Below, piece after piece: positions 1 to 10,000 of a stretch of DNA of 63,242 nt (its first letter is position 1; each line of letters starts with the position of its first letter). The DNA is from a virus (Duplodnaviria > Caudoviricetes). Under the pieces are notes generated by a model. The model had not been told where the DNA came from and searched no databases. It was given only the letters and a program-made list of their open reading frames with translations. The stretch lies in IMG/VR virus record IMGVR_UViG_3300032294_001820, positions 1-63,242 of that record; one strand, 5' to 3'. The position numbers and the translations under genes are program-made.

Positions 1-128
1 AGCCTCACTTTCATTTACATTTGCCGTAGCGGTATTATCTCTGGTATTCTTACCTGTATATGGTCTTTCAAGAATAAAGCACTGACGAGCCTTAGAATCG
101 CCAATAAACAATTCTGAAATACTACTAT
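1..128. repeat. Terminal direct repeat, left copy (imperfect)
   Basis: Positions 1-128 match 63115-63242 except for 9 substitutions, all within 76-99. Confidence 0.95.
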
Positions 129-240
129 TTGCAGTAAACCTAAATTTGCGTAGATGTAGTTCTAATGGAGTAATTTCTGCACGAACCTCAACCGGTCTTG
201 CATTATTACCGCCTAATGGCAAATCATTTATCTTGGCCAT
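1..240 (-). CDS. N-terminal part of a DUF5675-like putative lysin; continues across the junction into 63114..62845
   Basis: ATG at 240 opens MAKINDLPLGG...ELFIGDSKARQCFILERPY...NESEA, which joins in frame with ILPGRYEL... at the other end (about 169 aa in total). Confidence 0.8.
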   Translation of the reverse strand, partial: MAKINDLPLGGNNARPVEVRAEITPLELHLRKFRFTANSSISELFIGDSKARQCFILERPYTGKNTRDNTATANVNESEA

Positions 241-481
241 CTTCAGGATTGCTTGAATTGTTTTTATGAGCAAACTGAATTATTAGCCCAGCAAATGGAC
301 AAATCCAATCCAACCAATCCATAATTAATTCCTTACCAATATCAGTTCCAAAAGGAGCACTATGAACCCACTCCATTACCATTGGCTGATATGTAGCATA
401 ACCGATAAGGAAAATAGAAATCCAATTCCAAAGAACAGGAGTTCCGTGCATAAAACCATCAAGTGTAATTTTGTTTTTCAT
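224..481 (-). CDS. Holin-like small membrane protein
   Basis: Two hydrophobic stretches (WNWISIFLIGY, WICPFAGLIIQF), directly upstream of the putative lysin. ATG at 481 is preferred over the track start at 514. Confidence 0.55.
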   Translation of the reverse strand: MKNKITLDGFMHGTPVLWNWISIFLIGYATYQPMVMEWVHSAPFGTDIGKELIMDWLDWICPFAGLIIQFAHKNNSSNPEDGQDK

Positions 482-494
482 AGCATTTAAGTAA

Positions 495-773
495 TCACTT
501 TCTCCAATACTCAATTTCTTTTTTTATCCCCTGCAACTCCTTCTCAAACATATCATTTTTTGCGTCCTGCAATTCCTGAGAAGTTTCCATTTTTATATTT
601 AACTCAATCTGATTCTTTTGGATTTGATCTAAAACCATTTGGTTTTCCTTATTCCCATCAACAATCTGATTACCGTAAATACTTACAACAAGAGTTATTA
701 CAGGAACGCCCAAGGATTTAGCCCAATCTGAAATAATACCGATAGTTTTTTTGTCTTGATTTTCTGTTGACAT
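495..773 (-). CDS. Single-TM coiled-coil protein of the lysis module
   Basis: TM segment LGVPVITLVVSIY followed by a Q/E/K-rich coiled coil. Likely start MSTENQ at 773. Confidence 0.5.
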   Translation of the reverse strand: MSTENQDKKTIGIISDWAKSLGVPVITLVVSIYGNQIVDGNKENQMVLDQIQKNQIELNIKMETSQELQDAKNDMFEKELQGIKKEIEYWRK

Positions 774-774
774 A

Positions 775-987
775 TCAACTATTGTACCAATTATCCCATT
801 CCTCAATTTGATTCTCTGTGGATTCTTTTGAACCTTCAGGAATTAATGAACCTTGGTTATCACCGGCAACTAAGTAATCGCTCGGAGAATAAATACCATA
901 CATTCCCTCAATAATGAGTTCTAAAGCCTTTATTGTTCTTTCTCCAAACTCAGTTTGAATCCTGTAATATTTTCCTGTCTTTATCAT
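775..987 (-). CDS. Hypothetical protein
   Basis: 70-aa ORF with an ATGA overlap to the upstream gene. Confidence 0.6.
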   Translation of the reverse strand: MIKTGKYYRIQTEFGERTIKALELIIEGMYGIYSPSDYLVAGDNQGSLIPEGSKESTENQIEEWDNWYNS

Positions 988-1586
988 GATTGCAATGCAA
1001 AAAGAATAAGCCTTGTACCTACTGCGTATCCATTTGATATGGATGCGTAACCTAATTGAATACTTGTTAAGTTCGTAGAGTTATCACGCCACAAACCACC
1101 AAAGGTTGGATATAATGGAACTGTAATTTGGTTTGCTCCAAATGTATTTGCAACCCCTTGAATTGTTCTGTTTTTTCCTGTGGAAGCATCTATGTTAATG
1201 TCAAACATAGTCATCGAATTACTTCCGTTGTTAGGAGCAAGAAATATACTTGTTTGTGCATTTGAACCAACACTTGATGCAGCACCTACATAAGAATACC
1301 TTGAATCATACACATTTGTAGCAATGCTATTAATGCGTAAAATATGTGTATCCGCAGTTCCAGCATTAATTGTTGTGCCAATAATTTTATAATACTGCTC
1401 AGTATTGCCATTTAAACCTGTAATACTTATTGAGGTTTGAGCCCCTACTAAATAAGTAACTCCTGGAATTGGCACAGCAGGTAAAGCAGAAACAATTCGT
1501 ATATCACGAATTTTAATCATAATACCTGCCAAACTTGTAGGTACATCAACTAAACTCGGACCTAAAACATTATTATCAGTTACCAT
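984..1586 (-). CDS. Putative tail fibre / receptor-binding protein
   Basis: Beta-rich T/N/G/S composition. The C-terminus (GGLWRDNSTNLTSIQL...GTRLILFA) resembles phage fibre tip domains. Confidence 0.55.
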   Translation of the reverse strand: MVTDNNVLGPSLVDVPTSLAGIMIKIRDIRIVSALPAVPIPGVTYLVGAQTSISITGLNGNTEQYYKIIGTTINAGTADTHILRINSIATNVYDSRYSYVGAASSVGSNAQTSIFLAPNNGSNSMTMFDINIDASTGKNRTIQGVANTFGANQITVPLYPTFGGLWRDNSTNLTSIQLGYASISNGYAVGTRLILFALQS

Positions 1587-1591
1587 ATATA

Positions 1592-2329
1592 TTATTGCAA
1601 AGAAGCCCTAATACGCAAATCTGGGAATGTTGCCGGAGCACCACTTGAAATACCAGAAGCACTTGCACGAATAGAAAGTCTGTAAAACTTACCGTATCCC
1701 GTACTATAACTAATACGAATTTGCTTTGAAGGTAATGATGCAAATTCATAAGGAATTGAAACAGCCCCAATTTCTGCTGTGATTTGTCTAAAAATAGCAC
1801 CAGCAGAATGCGGAATAGCAGCACCATCACTTACTAATACGGAAGCAGGAGCTAAATTATACAAGTCTTTCCAAACAGAACCATCATCACTAACCTCAAG
1901 AAGTGCTATTATTGTTCCATTGTTAGCCAAAGTTCCTCCGTTTGCAATAAGAAAATCAAAATGAACCTGTGCCCTTCCAGTTACTTCAATGCTTTGAGTA
2001 TTTACATAAGCACCTGTTGTAATAGCATTGGCACGAATCGTAGAAATCGTAGTTGGAGCTGGCGAAATTGAAGCTGAGGTAAAGATATTTTTATTGAACT
2101 CCTCCGCTAAATTGGCAAAAGTACCTGCCCAAGCAACTCCATCAATGATGAAATTAAACAATCCTGAGTTAAAAGGTAGGGTTAGTCCAATTGGAGGACA
2201 TTGCAAAATAAGCGTATCCCCACTAACACTATAATCTGCCTTAGAGGTAGATGAAGGAAAGTAGAAAATACTACTATTAAAAGTTACCTGAACATCAGGA
2301 GTGCCGGTTATTACTGTTACTGTTATCAT
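1592..2329 (-). CDS. Putative virion structural protein (fibre/decoration)
   Basis: Beta-rich 245-aa ORF in the tail cluster. Confidence 0.5.
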   Translation of the reverse strand: MITVTVITGTPDVQVTFNSSIFYFPSSTSKADYSVSGDTLILQCPPIGLTLPFNSGLFNFIIDGVAWAGTFANLAEEFNKNIFTSASISPAPTTISTIRANAITTGAYVNTQSIEVTGRAQVHFDFLIANGGTLANNGTIIALLEVSDDGSVWKDLYNLAPASVLVSDGAAIPHSAGAIFRQITAEIGAVSIPYEFASLPSKQIRISYSTGYGKFYRLSIRASASGISSGAPATFPDLRIRASLQ

Positions 2330-2332
2330 GGC

Positions 2333-2590
2333 TTAATCCTCCTCCTCCTCAATTTCCACCTTTGACATTGACATAATTTCCTTATCAACATCAGCACCTT
2401 GACCATTTGCTTCGCATATTTTCAAGTAAGCCTTTACAGCCTTGTCGTTGCTTTCAAAAACAAGTTCACGAGGCATACCCTCGGAATACATACCTCGTTT
2501 AATATCATCTGGTTCTTCGCATTTTGTGTAGCAAAGTTTATGTCCGTTGTCTGCCGGTTCTAATCTGATATACTTGTACTTTGTTGCCAT
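2333..2590 (-). CDS. Hypothetical protein
   Basis: 85-aa ORF with an acidic tail and tight operon spacing. Confidence 0.6.
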   Translation of the reverse strand: MATKYKYIRLEPADNGHKLCYTKCEEPDDIKRGMYSEGMPRELVFESNDKAVKAYLKICEANGQGADVDKEIMSMSKVEIEEEED

Positions 2591-2597
2591 AACTATA

Positions 2598-2906
2598 TTA
2601 TAACCAATTGTTAATGTCCGTAATTGCAGTATTCAATTCAGCCTGTGTTCCACCAACCCAAGTAGGTTGATTCACAACTTCTTGAATGTCAAAATCTAAG
2701 AAACTACCCATATCATCCCCTAAGAAAATTCTGCACTGATTCGGGTATGGATATGTTTGAGTTCCTAAAGCAGCAAGGTTAGCCACAAAAACAGGAGCAA
2801 CCTTAGTAATTCTCGTTTTGCGAATAGAACTCCACTGGATTCCATCTCCGCTTGTTACGATTACCGTTGTAGGAAAACCTTGGGTGGGACCGTTAGAAAT
2901 ATACAT
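2598..2906 (-). CDS. Small putative structural protein
   Basis: 102-aa ORF, first of a sub-operon. Confidence 0.55.
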   Translation of the reverse strand: MYISNGPTQGFPTTVIVTSGDGIQWSSIRKTRITKVAPVFVANLAALGTQTYPYPNQCRIFLGDDMGSFLDFDIQEVVNQPTWVGGTQAELNTAITDINNWL

Positions 2907-2950
2907 GGCTTAAAAATTTTATGTAAATGTATAGAAAATTAGACACTTTT

Positions 2951-3235
2951 TCAAGGGTTTACAGGATTTTCATTTGGAGTATGCCTTTGAATCCAATTAC
3001 AATAGCATTCAGCCTGTTTCTCGTTGATTGTTTCTAACACCTGACCATCAGCATCGAGGTCATTATACCTATCAACAATAGCCTTCAAAAGCGTTACTTT
3101 GAACACTTCCTGCAAGTGATTACAGCAAGATTCGTAGCCATATAGTCCTCGAACAGCCTGATTCTGTAATTCTTGGCCATGAGAATTTACTACTGAATTT
3201 ATCCTCGCCTCGCAGGTTACGCTTACATTTCCCAT
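2951..3235 (-). CDS. Small Cys-containing protein of the tail cluster
   Basis: 94-aa ORF with tight spacing. Confidence 0.55.
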   Translation of the reverse strand: MGNVSVTCEARINSVVNSHGQELQNQAVRGLYGYESCCNHLQEVFKVTLLKAIVDRYNDLDADGQVLETINEKQAECYCNWIQRHTPNENPVNP

Positions 3236-3238
3236 TTC

Positions 3239-5347
3239 TTATTGGCAATTACAGGTTGAACAAAGTTTTTTCAAGTAATTCAGCACATCCCTTTGATTCT
3301 CAAAAGTGTTTTCGTTATCAAGGTATTGCTTTACTGAAATCAAATACAAGTAATTCTGAATGCACTCGTTATCGCAAATGTTTACATTGCAGAACTCCTT
3401 AATACTACAATAAAGCCTATTTCTGTACTCGTTAATGCAATCGTCAAGGAAACAGAAATTAGTATAAACCTGAGTATCGCAATACTTTTCATCCAAACTA
3501 TTCTCAGATACCTCAGTCCAATAGTTCTGCCAACCACCTGTTGTTAATGGCGTAATTCCTGACCTACTCTGAATGCACTGAAAGAATCTTATCGCACCAG
3601 TTCCATCAATTAGGCAAACGCAGTCATCAACTTGGTATGCAATATCCGTTCTGAATGTAGGAACATTACACATTGTAAACTCGTAATACCCTCCCTGAGA
3701 AACAGGAAAAGTAGTAAAAGGTGCTAATGGATTTACCGAAGCAGGATTTATTAATATGTCGTATGGAACAACGGAGGACAAGAACTGCTGATTACCGTCT
3801 GGAAGTGTAACGGTAACTTTGCGGTACAAATTGAAGTCTGATTGACTATGCCCTGGCGTATATCCAAATAAGGAACTATCATTGAGTTGAATTTCAACGC
3901 AATCCCGTCCTTCGGCAAAGTTGAGGTCGAGTATTGTTTCATAATCACATTCTTGTCTTTTGATGGTAAGGGTTTGATCATTGCACTCAATACAATCAGC
4001 AGGGTAGTATTTAATCAGTTCTACATTCGCCCAATCGGAACTTGCACCATCATTTAAGTACAGGTCGCCAATAAGTAATGTGTTTGGTCCCGAAGCAAAT
4101 GTATTTACATATCGAACAAAAGGGGTAATTGCAGAACCAGCACCACTTTGCCATCTAATTCCTATATCATGCCATTGACCCGGAGGTGTATATTGAGTAA
4201 AGTAAGGAATTGCAGGATTAAAAGTTCCACTTCCAGAAACAAAGAATCTATCAAGGTGAACTTCCTCATTGGCTTTAATAAGGTGCAAAGGATTTTGAAC
4301 CCTTGCTTTGCATTTTAGCCAATATCTTTCGCCATTTGTAACAGAAATAGGATTGGCAATATCTCCTTGCCAAATAATACTTCCAGTAGTAGGCGAAGTT
4401 GCAACAGGCGTATTTGGAACAGGTCTATTGGTATAATCAGGAGGACTTGTAATTGTTGTGCGAAGTGCTGTTCCAGCAACAGGATTAACGGTAAAAGTAA
4501 ATGCGGTTAAATCTCTTGCAAATATTCCTGCTGCATTAAATTGTCCTTGGGTAACATACCCTGACATCGTACCATTATTGAAATTGGTAAACAGATTAGG
4601 ATTAAAACAAGAGGCATACTCTGTTGTCGCAGTTATATTGCAAAAACAGTTAATTAAAGCTGAATCGTAATTGATATATATACCAAAGTAGTCATCGGCA
4701 TAGTCATACGGTAAACTAACTTCAAGCTCTGTTGGACTAACTAAGGTATAGGTTACTCCTGCTGTTGGTTGGGTTTCATTAAACTCTAAACCCTCACATT
4801 CAGTTTTAAACAATACTCTTACAGGACCAGTGCATTGTGGGCTTTGACCAAGGCTAAACCGAGTATTTAACAAGCCCGAACCTGTTACATTTATTAATGG
4901 TTCGTCAAATTTAGCATAGCATTTGTTTGGCCATCGAGCATCAAACCTGCAAACCTTAATGCTTCTGTTGGGTTTAGAACATGGAGTAGGCTCTCCTCCT
5001 CCAGTATCTGCCCCATAGTCAGGGTCAGCCTCATAGTAAACGGTAAATTGCCAAGAACCGCACCTGTCATATCCGCAGTCAGTAGCAGTAACCTTCAGGG
5101 GAATGTATAGAACCTGTCCGGCAATAACGGTCTTGGTAAGTGCAGTAGTTCCTGATTCAGCAAAAACAGCAGTCATTCCCTGTTCATCAGCAATGCTTAA
5201 TTGAACGGCTCCTGTGTAAGTAGGTGTCGCAGTGGTATCAATAACCAAGGCATCATTAACCAAGGTTTCAATACCTATCGTTAGTACGGCACCGGTATTC
5301 TGAGGGTTAAATCCTACTAAATCTTGTTCACACCTTGTATTAGCCAT
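3239..5347 (-). CDS. Cys-rich tail hub / fibre-like structural protein
   Basis: 702 aa with Cys clusters at both ends and a central beta-sandwich (carbohydrate-binding-like) segment, NPNLFTNFNNG...YWLKCKARV. Confidence 0.55.
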   Translation of the reverse strand: MANTRCEQDLVGFNPQNTGAVLTIGIETLVNDALVIDTTATPTYTGAVQLSIADEQGMTAVFAESGTTALTKTVIAGQVLYIPLKVTATDCGYDRCGSWQFTVYYEADPDYGADTGGGEPTPCSKPNRSIKVCRFDARWPNKCYAKFDEPLINVTGSGLLNTRFSLGQSPQCTGPVRVLFKTECEGLEFNETQPTAGVTYTLVSPTELEVSLPYDYADDYFGIYINYDSALINCFCNITATTEYASCFNPNLFTNFNNGTMSGYVTQGQFNAAGIFARDLTAFTFTVNPVAGTALRTTITSPPDYTNRPVPNTPVATSPTTGSIIWQGDIANPISVTNGERYWLKCKARVQNPLHLIKANEEVHLDRFFVSGSGTFNPAIPYFTQYTPPGQWHDIGIRWQSGAGSAITPFVRYVNTFASGPNTLLIGDLYLNDGASSDWANVELIKYYPADCIECNDQTLTIKRQECDYETILDLNFAEGRDCVEIQLNDSSLFGYTPGHSQSDFNLYRKVTVTLPDGNQQFLSSVVPYDILINPASVNPLAPFTTFPVSQGGYYEFTMCNVPTFRTDIAYQVDDCVCLIDGTGAIRFFQCIQSRSGITPLTTGGWQNYWTEVSENSLDEKYCDTQVYTNFCFLDDCINEYRNRLYCSIKEFCNVNICDNECIQNYLYLISVKQYLDNENTFENQRDVLNYLKKLCSTCNCQ

Positions 5348-5993
5348 TTCTGTTTTCTATTGTTGATTCAACCACTCCAATTGTATTTCTATTTCCTTGG
5401 CAATCGCATGGACAAATATCCTCCAACGCTTGTTTGTAAAGGTCATTTACAGCCTTCCAATCTTTTTTCAAGGTCTTAAACTGCAATATCTCGTCAATAA
5501 GAAACAATCTCATGAACCTTTGATAGCATGGGTCTTTGCAAATATCGTCAACACAGGCAATATCTAAATTGCAATAAACCTCACTCGCACTCAACAAGCA
5601 TTTTTGTTGGTCGCAGGTAGCATTATAGGAAAAAACAGTTGTACTACCCTCGCAACTAAATATACCCTCCTGTGTTTCGTATTCGAAAATATAAGTAATA
5701 ACACAATTGAAATCACCACAATCATCCTCTAAGTTTATTCTGAAAGGAATATAGTATTGATTATCAGGGTTAATGATAAGGTTGTAGTTGTTTGTGTATC
5801 CACTTTGTCCAGGGAACTTTATTTGGGTACATTCGCTGTCAAAACTTACTATTCTATTCGTGAAAGGAAAGTCAGGACTTACATCGAACCGTATTAACCC
5901 ACTTAAAACCACATCGGTATTTGCAGGAATATACCCTACATTGTATTCTGCCTGAGAAAAACCAAGGGTATCACATATTACTACTTCTGCCAT
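5340..5993 (-). CDS. Cys-rich tail-associated protein
   Basis: 217 aa. Its C-terminal Cys/helix pattern resembles the end of 3239..5347. Confidence 0.55.
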   Translation of the reverse strand: MAEVVICDTLGFSQAEYNVGYIPANTDVVLSGLIRFDVSPDFPFTNRIVSFDSECTQIKFPGQSGYTNNYNLIINPDNQYYIPFRINLEDDCGDFNCVITYIFEYETQEGIFSCEGSTTVFSYNATCDQQKCLLSASEVYCNLDIACVDDICKDPCYQRFMRLFLIDEILQFKTLKKDWKAVNDLYKQALEDICPCDCQGNRNTIGVVESTIENRNG

Positions 5994-6006
5994 ATACCAA
6001 AATTAA

Positions 6007-7053
6007 TTAATTTTCACTTACACCCCATATAATATCCAAAACGAAATCTTTCTTTTCTTCGCCATAAACCAACAGAAAACTAACCTTAACAGAGTTTATA
6101 CCCTTTATTTTGTTTGGAATGAAAGAAAATTTAATTGTTTTGCTGTCATATCCACCTATCTCAAATGGTTGTGCATCCGGTCTTGAAACAACAGAAATTA
6201 ATTCTCCTCCTGTAATCGTAGCACCCAAAACAGAAATAGCCCTATCGCTTACAGCATTTATCTTTATTTGTGCCGTAATGAGTTCAGGAGTATCAATTTT
6301 GCCTATTTTAAGACAATCGCCAACTAAATCAGATATTTCTTTAACAGGAGTTCTCGCTTGGCCATTTATTTTTATAGGCAAAACGGAAATGCTAAAAGGC
6401 AAATCAGAGTTATCGTACCCCTCAACTTCAATGTTTATTTTAAACTTAGAGGTAATATCTATCCCTCCAGCTCTGTAATTTACACACAAAGCAGATTTAA
6501 GTGGGTCAATCCCTGATATAATATTTACTGCAACGGTCTTTGTTACAGATTTACCTGGAGCAATTACGAATGGCTGAAAAGAGCCAAAGATAACGCAACC
6601 ATGTATATTGCAATTGAAACTAAGTGCTTGTACTTCATATTCGCCCGTATTTTTTAATTCAATATTGTGGTCAAATGCTTGACCAATTTTCAGCGTTCCA
6701 AAGTTAAGGCTTTTTTCACTTATTTCAATACCTGCCATAAACTCAATAATCTTAAACTCAACCTTTTCTACCTTGTCCCCAGATACAAAATCCACCGAAA
6801 CAAACACCTCATTCGTAGAAATATACCCTGCTTCAAAACCAATAATACATACCAACGCACCCTTCTTAAACGGAACTTCACCTATTGAAATGCCATTTTC
6901 ACTTATCCAATTGTACATCGGCAACAACTTAAAATGCTTGAAATCAGCATCTTTTACATGGATAAATACCTGCTCCTCCAAAGATTCTCGGATAACTACT
7001 ATCCTATCCTGCATTCCTGCATGAATTATATTGCTATGTGGTTTGATTGTCAT
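6007..7053 (-). CDS. Ig-like (ASH / choice-of-anchor D type) domain protein
   Basis: SLNFGTLKIGQ...IELKNTG...FVIAPGKSVT motif typical of ASH-type Ig folds. Confidence 0.55.
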   Translation of the reverse strand: MTIKPHSNIIHAGMQDRIVVIRESLEEQVFIHVKDADFKHFKLLPMYNWISENGISIGEVPFKKGALVCIIGFEAGYISTNEVFVSVDFVSGDKVEKVEFKIIEFMAGIEISEKSLNFGTLKIGQAFDHNIELKNTGEYEVQALSFNCNIHGCVIFGSFQPFVIAPGKSVTKTVAVNIISGIDPLKSALCVNYRAGGIDITSKFKINIEVEGYDNSDLPFSISVLPIKINGQARTPVKEISDLVGDCLKIGKIDTPELITAQIKINAVSDRAISVLGATITGGELISVVSRPDAQPFEIGGYDSKTIKFSFIPNKIKGINSVKVSFLLVYGEEKKDFVLDIIWGVSEN

Positions 7054-7057
7054 TGTC

Positions 7058-10000
7058 TTAATTCGTTTTAGGTTTTTGTCCGTATGCTAACTTTCTTTCC
7101 TTCCACAAAAATCTACGATTCATTAACTCCGAAGCCCCTACATCAAACTTCTCCGGTGCCCCTGCAAGGAATGTATCAAAGAAGTGGTCAATAGCAATAG
7201 GGCTAATCCTAACGCCATTCCTTTCAAGTTTTTTGCTCAGATTAACAGAATACTCAGGGGTAAATTTATTTTTAAGCAATGAAGGGCTATAAGGCTTTCC
7301 TGTTTTTGGATCAACAACCTCATTCATAATTGCATTCCTAAGCATTTTGCCTCGAATATTTTCTGGCAATAGTGGATATTTACCAAAGAAGTTTTTGTTT
7401 GCTATCCTTTCCAATGGATATTTTATCAGTGGGTTTAGTCCAGAAATAGCAGACATTCCCCTGTTAATCCACTCTTCTTCTTTTCTTTTTGTTTTTCTTT
7501 CTCCTGTTTCTGGGTCAATATCTGAAAGATAGGTTTTATCCGCAAGGTTGAAAGTCATCATTTCAGAACCGCTTGAAGTTAGCAGGTCTTTCACTATTCT
7601 CTTTATTTCTTCATCGGAAAGTTTATCCTTTATCGCCTCTCCAAATGCTTGTCCAGAAGCCCTTCCAATAGAGTTAAAAATAACAGGTAGCCCACGAATA
7701 GGGATTGTAACAAAATCTGCCTGTACGCCTTCGCCTTCAATTTCTCTTTCTATTGGAATTATCATGTTTTTCCACTTGGAGTTTTCATCCATGTCGTCAT
7801 ACATTTTCTTTTCTTCATCATCATCTGACTTTAATGCCATTGCTAATCCTGTCATAAACGCAGGAATTGTAAAAACAGCAGCGTTTCTTGCTGAGAAAAT
7901 CAAAGCATCTTTTCGTTCCTTAGCCGAAGCCCCTGCATTTACAGCATTCATCATTCTGGAAATATCAGTCATGTTCCCTTTTACCGCAGCACCAAGGAAA
8001 GGAATCATCACAGAAGCAGCCCTCATATTCGGTGGAATTTGCTCAAAGTTTGGACTGCCTATATTGTTAAGGATTTCATCGTTTATTTCCTCTATCGCAT
8101 TTTCCAACTCAGCCTGAGTTAGTCTTTTTTTGCTATGCAACTTGTCAATATAGCCACCAATATAGGTATCTAATCCACGCCTAACACCTGCCTCTGTGCC
8201 TGAAAGTTTTATATTCCCATAGATTTTATGGGAGTTTTCAAGAATCTTACTGATAGTATTGATTATATCTATTAGTCCATCAACCGTTAGCCTTGTCTTT
8301 TGCCTTGCACCAAGCATTGCCTCTGAAATTGCTTTAGCGGTTTTAGGGTTGCCAAGGATTGTTTGAGTTCTCCTTTGAACTGTTTCTAAGAATTTTGCAT
8401 CCTCGATTTCATTTTGGGTTCTACCTGATTTTAGTTTATCGGTAAAGTAGTTCATGTAAGTACCCTCTGAGTAAGAAGGAGATTTCCTCCACGCCTCATA
8501 TTCCTTAAACATAAAATCAGGAGTTATGCTTTTAAGACCTAAAGCATTTCCAAGTTTAGTGTTTAACAAATTACCAATGATACTTTCAACAAGAGCCTCT
8601 GAATATAATACAGGAACCTGAACAACAGAAGCAACTCTTTCGGTTATATTTGCTCCTGAACCAAGTCCAGCCTTTGAAGTAAGCGTACGGACGGTATCAA
8701 TAACAAAGTTTGTGGGAAGGAATGTAACACTCGCTGATGTAGCCGCTATCTTAAACCAAAATGAACCAAACTTTAGCACTTGTTCAAAAGCACTTAATTC
8801 AGGTTTGGTCATTCCATCAATAGCCTGTTTTAATTTTTCATCAACCGCAACTCTTTGCTGAACTCCATCTTTGTAGTATGTAATTATAGCCATACCGCTT
8901 GGGAGTTTTTCTCCATCCTCTAACCTCTTAAAGTAATCGTTGTTGGTATCTGCATCAATGAGCCTATCAACATCTTCCATATACCCTTGTCTTGCAACTT
9001 GATATTGAGAAGCATTAATGATATTTAATGTTTTGTTAAGCGGTGAATGCAGTTCTAATCCAGGTTCGGATAGAGAATCCATTAATTCCTCATATTCCTG
9101 CTGAGTTATATTCCCTTGATTCCTTGCATCAGTAATCTTTTCTGTTGCTAAATAGTAATATGAATCAACATCAATATCACCGTTTTGCATCATTTTGTAA
9201 AATATCTCAACAGTCTTGTCGGCATCCGCAGCATTCTTAGGTGTATCAACCCCTGTTATCTTTTTAATAACACTTTGCCCTTGGGCATTAGTCCTGTCGT
9301 ATTCCGTGCCTGTAATTACATTTCCTCTAAAATCTCTCTGTACTACATCAAATGGGATATAGAACTCATTCTGAGCCTTAATAGCATCGTACCTATCCTG
9401 TGTAAGCACTCCGGCATCAACTAAGTCTTTTAGGTTATCGTCAAAAACTTGTTGCAAATCATCCCCTGCCTGAGTGAACTTATCAAACATATCTGCACCT
9501 ATTTTGTTTCTAAGGTCATTAAGTAGAATATCAGCATTTGTTTCTGTTATTCCACCTGTTGTTCTCCTTACAGGCCTCTTCTTTAATAAACCTTGATTGT
9601 AAGCCTCTTGGTTGGCTTTGTCCTGTATAGCCCTATCAATAATCCTTCTGTATATCAAATACTTTTCAAAGTCAGGAAGATTGCTTTCAATAGGTTTTAG
9701 AATTTCTGATATTCTCTCCATGTACGGCAAAGCCAAAGACCTTGCTTTCCCACGAAGTTGTTCCATAGCCCTACCAAGTGGTAATTCCCTTGTTCTATTG
9801 TAGGATGAACCTGGAGTTGTGCCTATCATTTTTTCGACAAAATTCAACAGTTCTTTAGGGCTATCTAATTTCTGTCTTAATTCAGCAGTTTTCCTTTTTA
9901 CAGCAGTCCAAAATGGCTCACTACGAGAAATGAATGGCTTACCTTCATCCATTTTCTTTTCCATCTGTCTTGCAAGTTCCTCTTGTTCTTTTGTATAAAT

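Noticed and set aside
76-99. Diversity-generating retroelement TR/VR pair suggested by the mismatched terminal repeat
   Set aside because: Differences are not restricted to adenines on either strand, several are synonymous, and no reverse transcriptase is visible.
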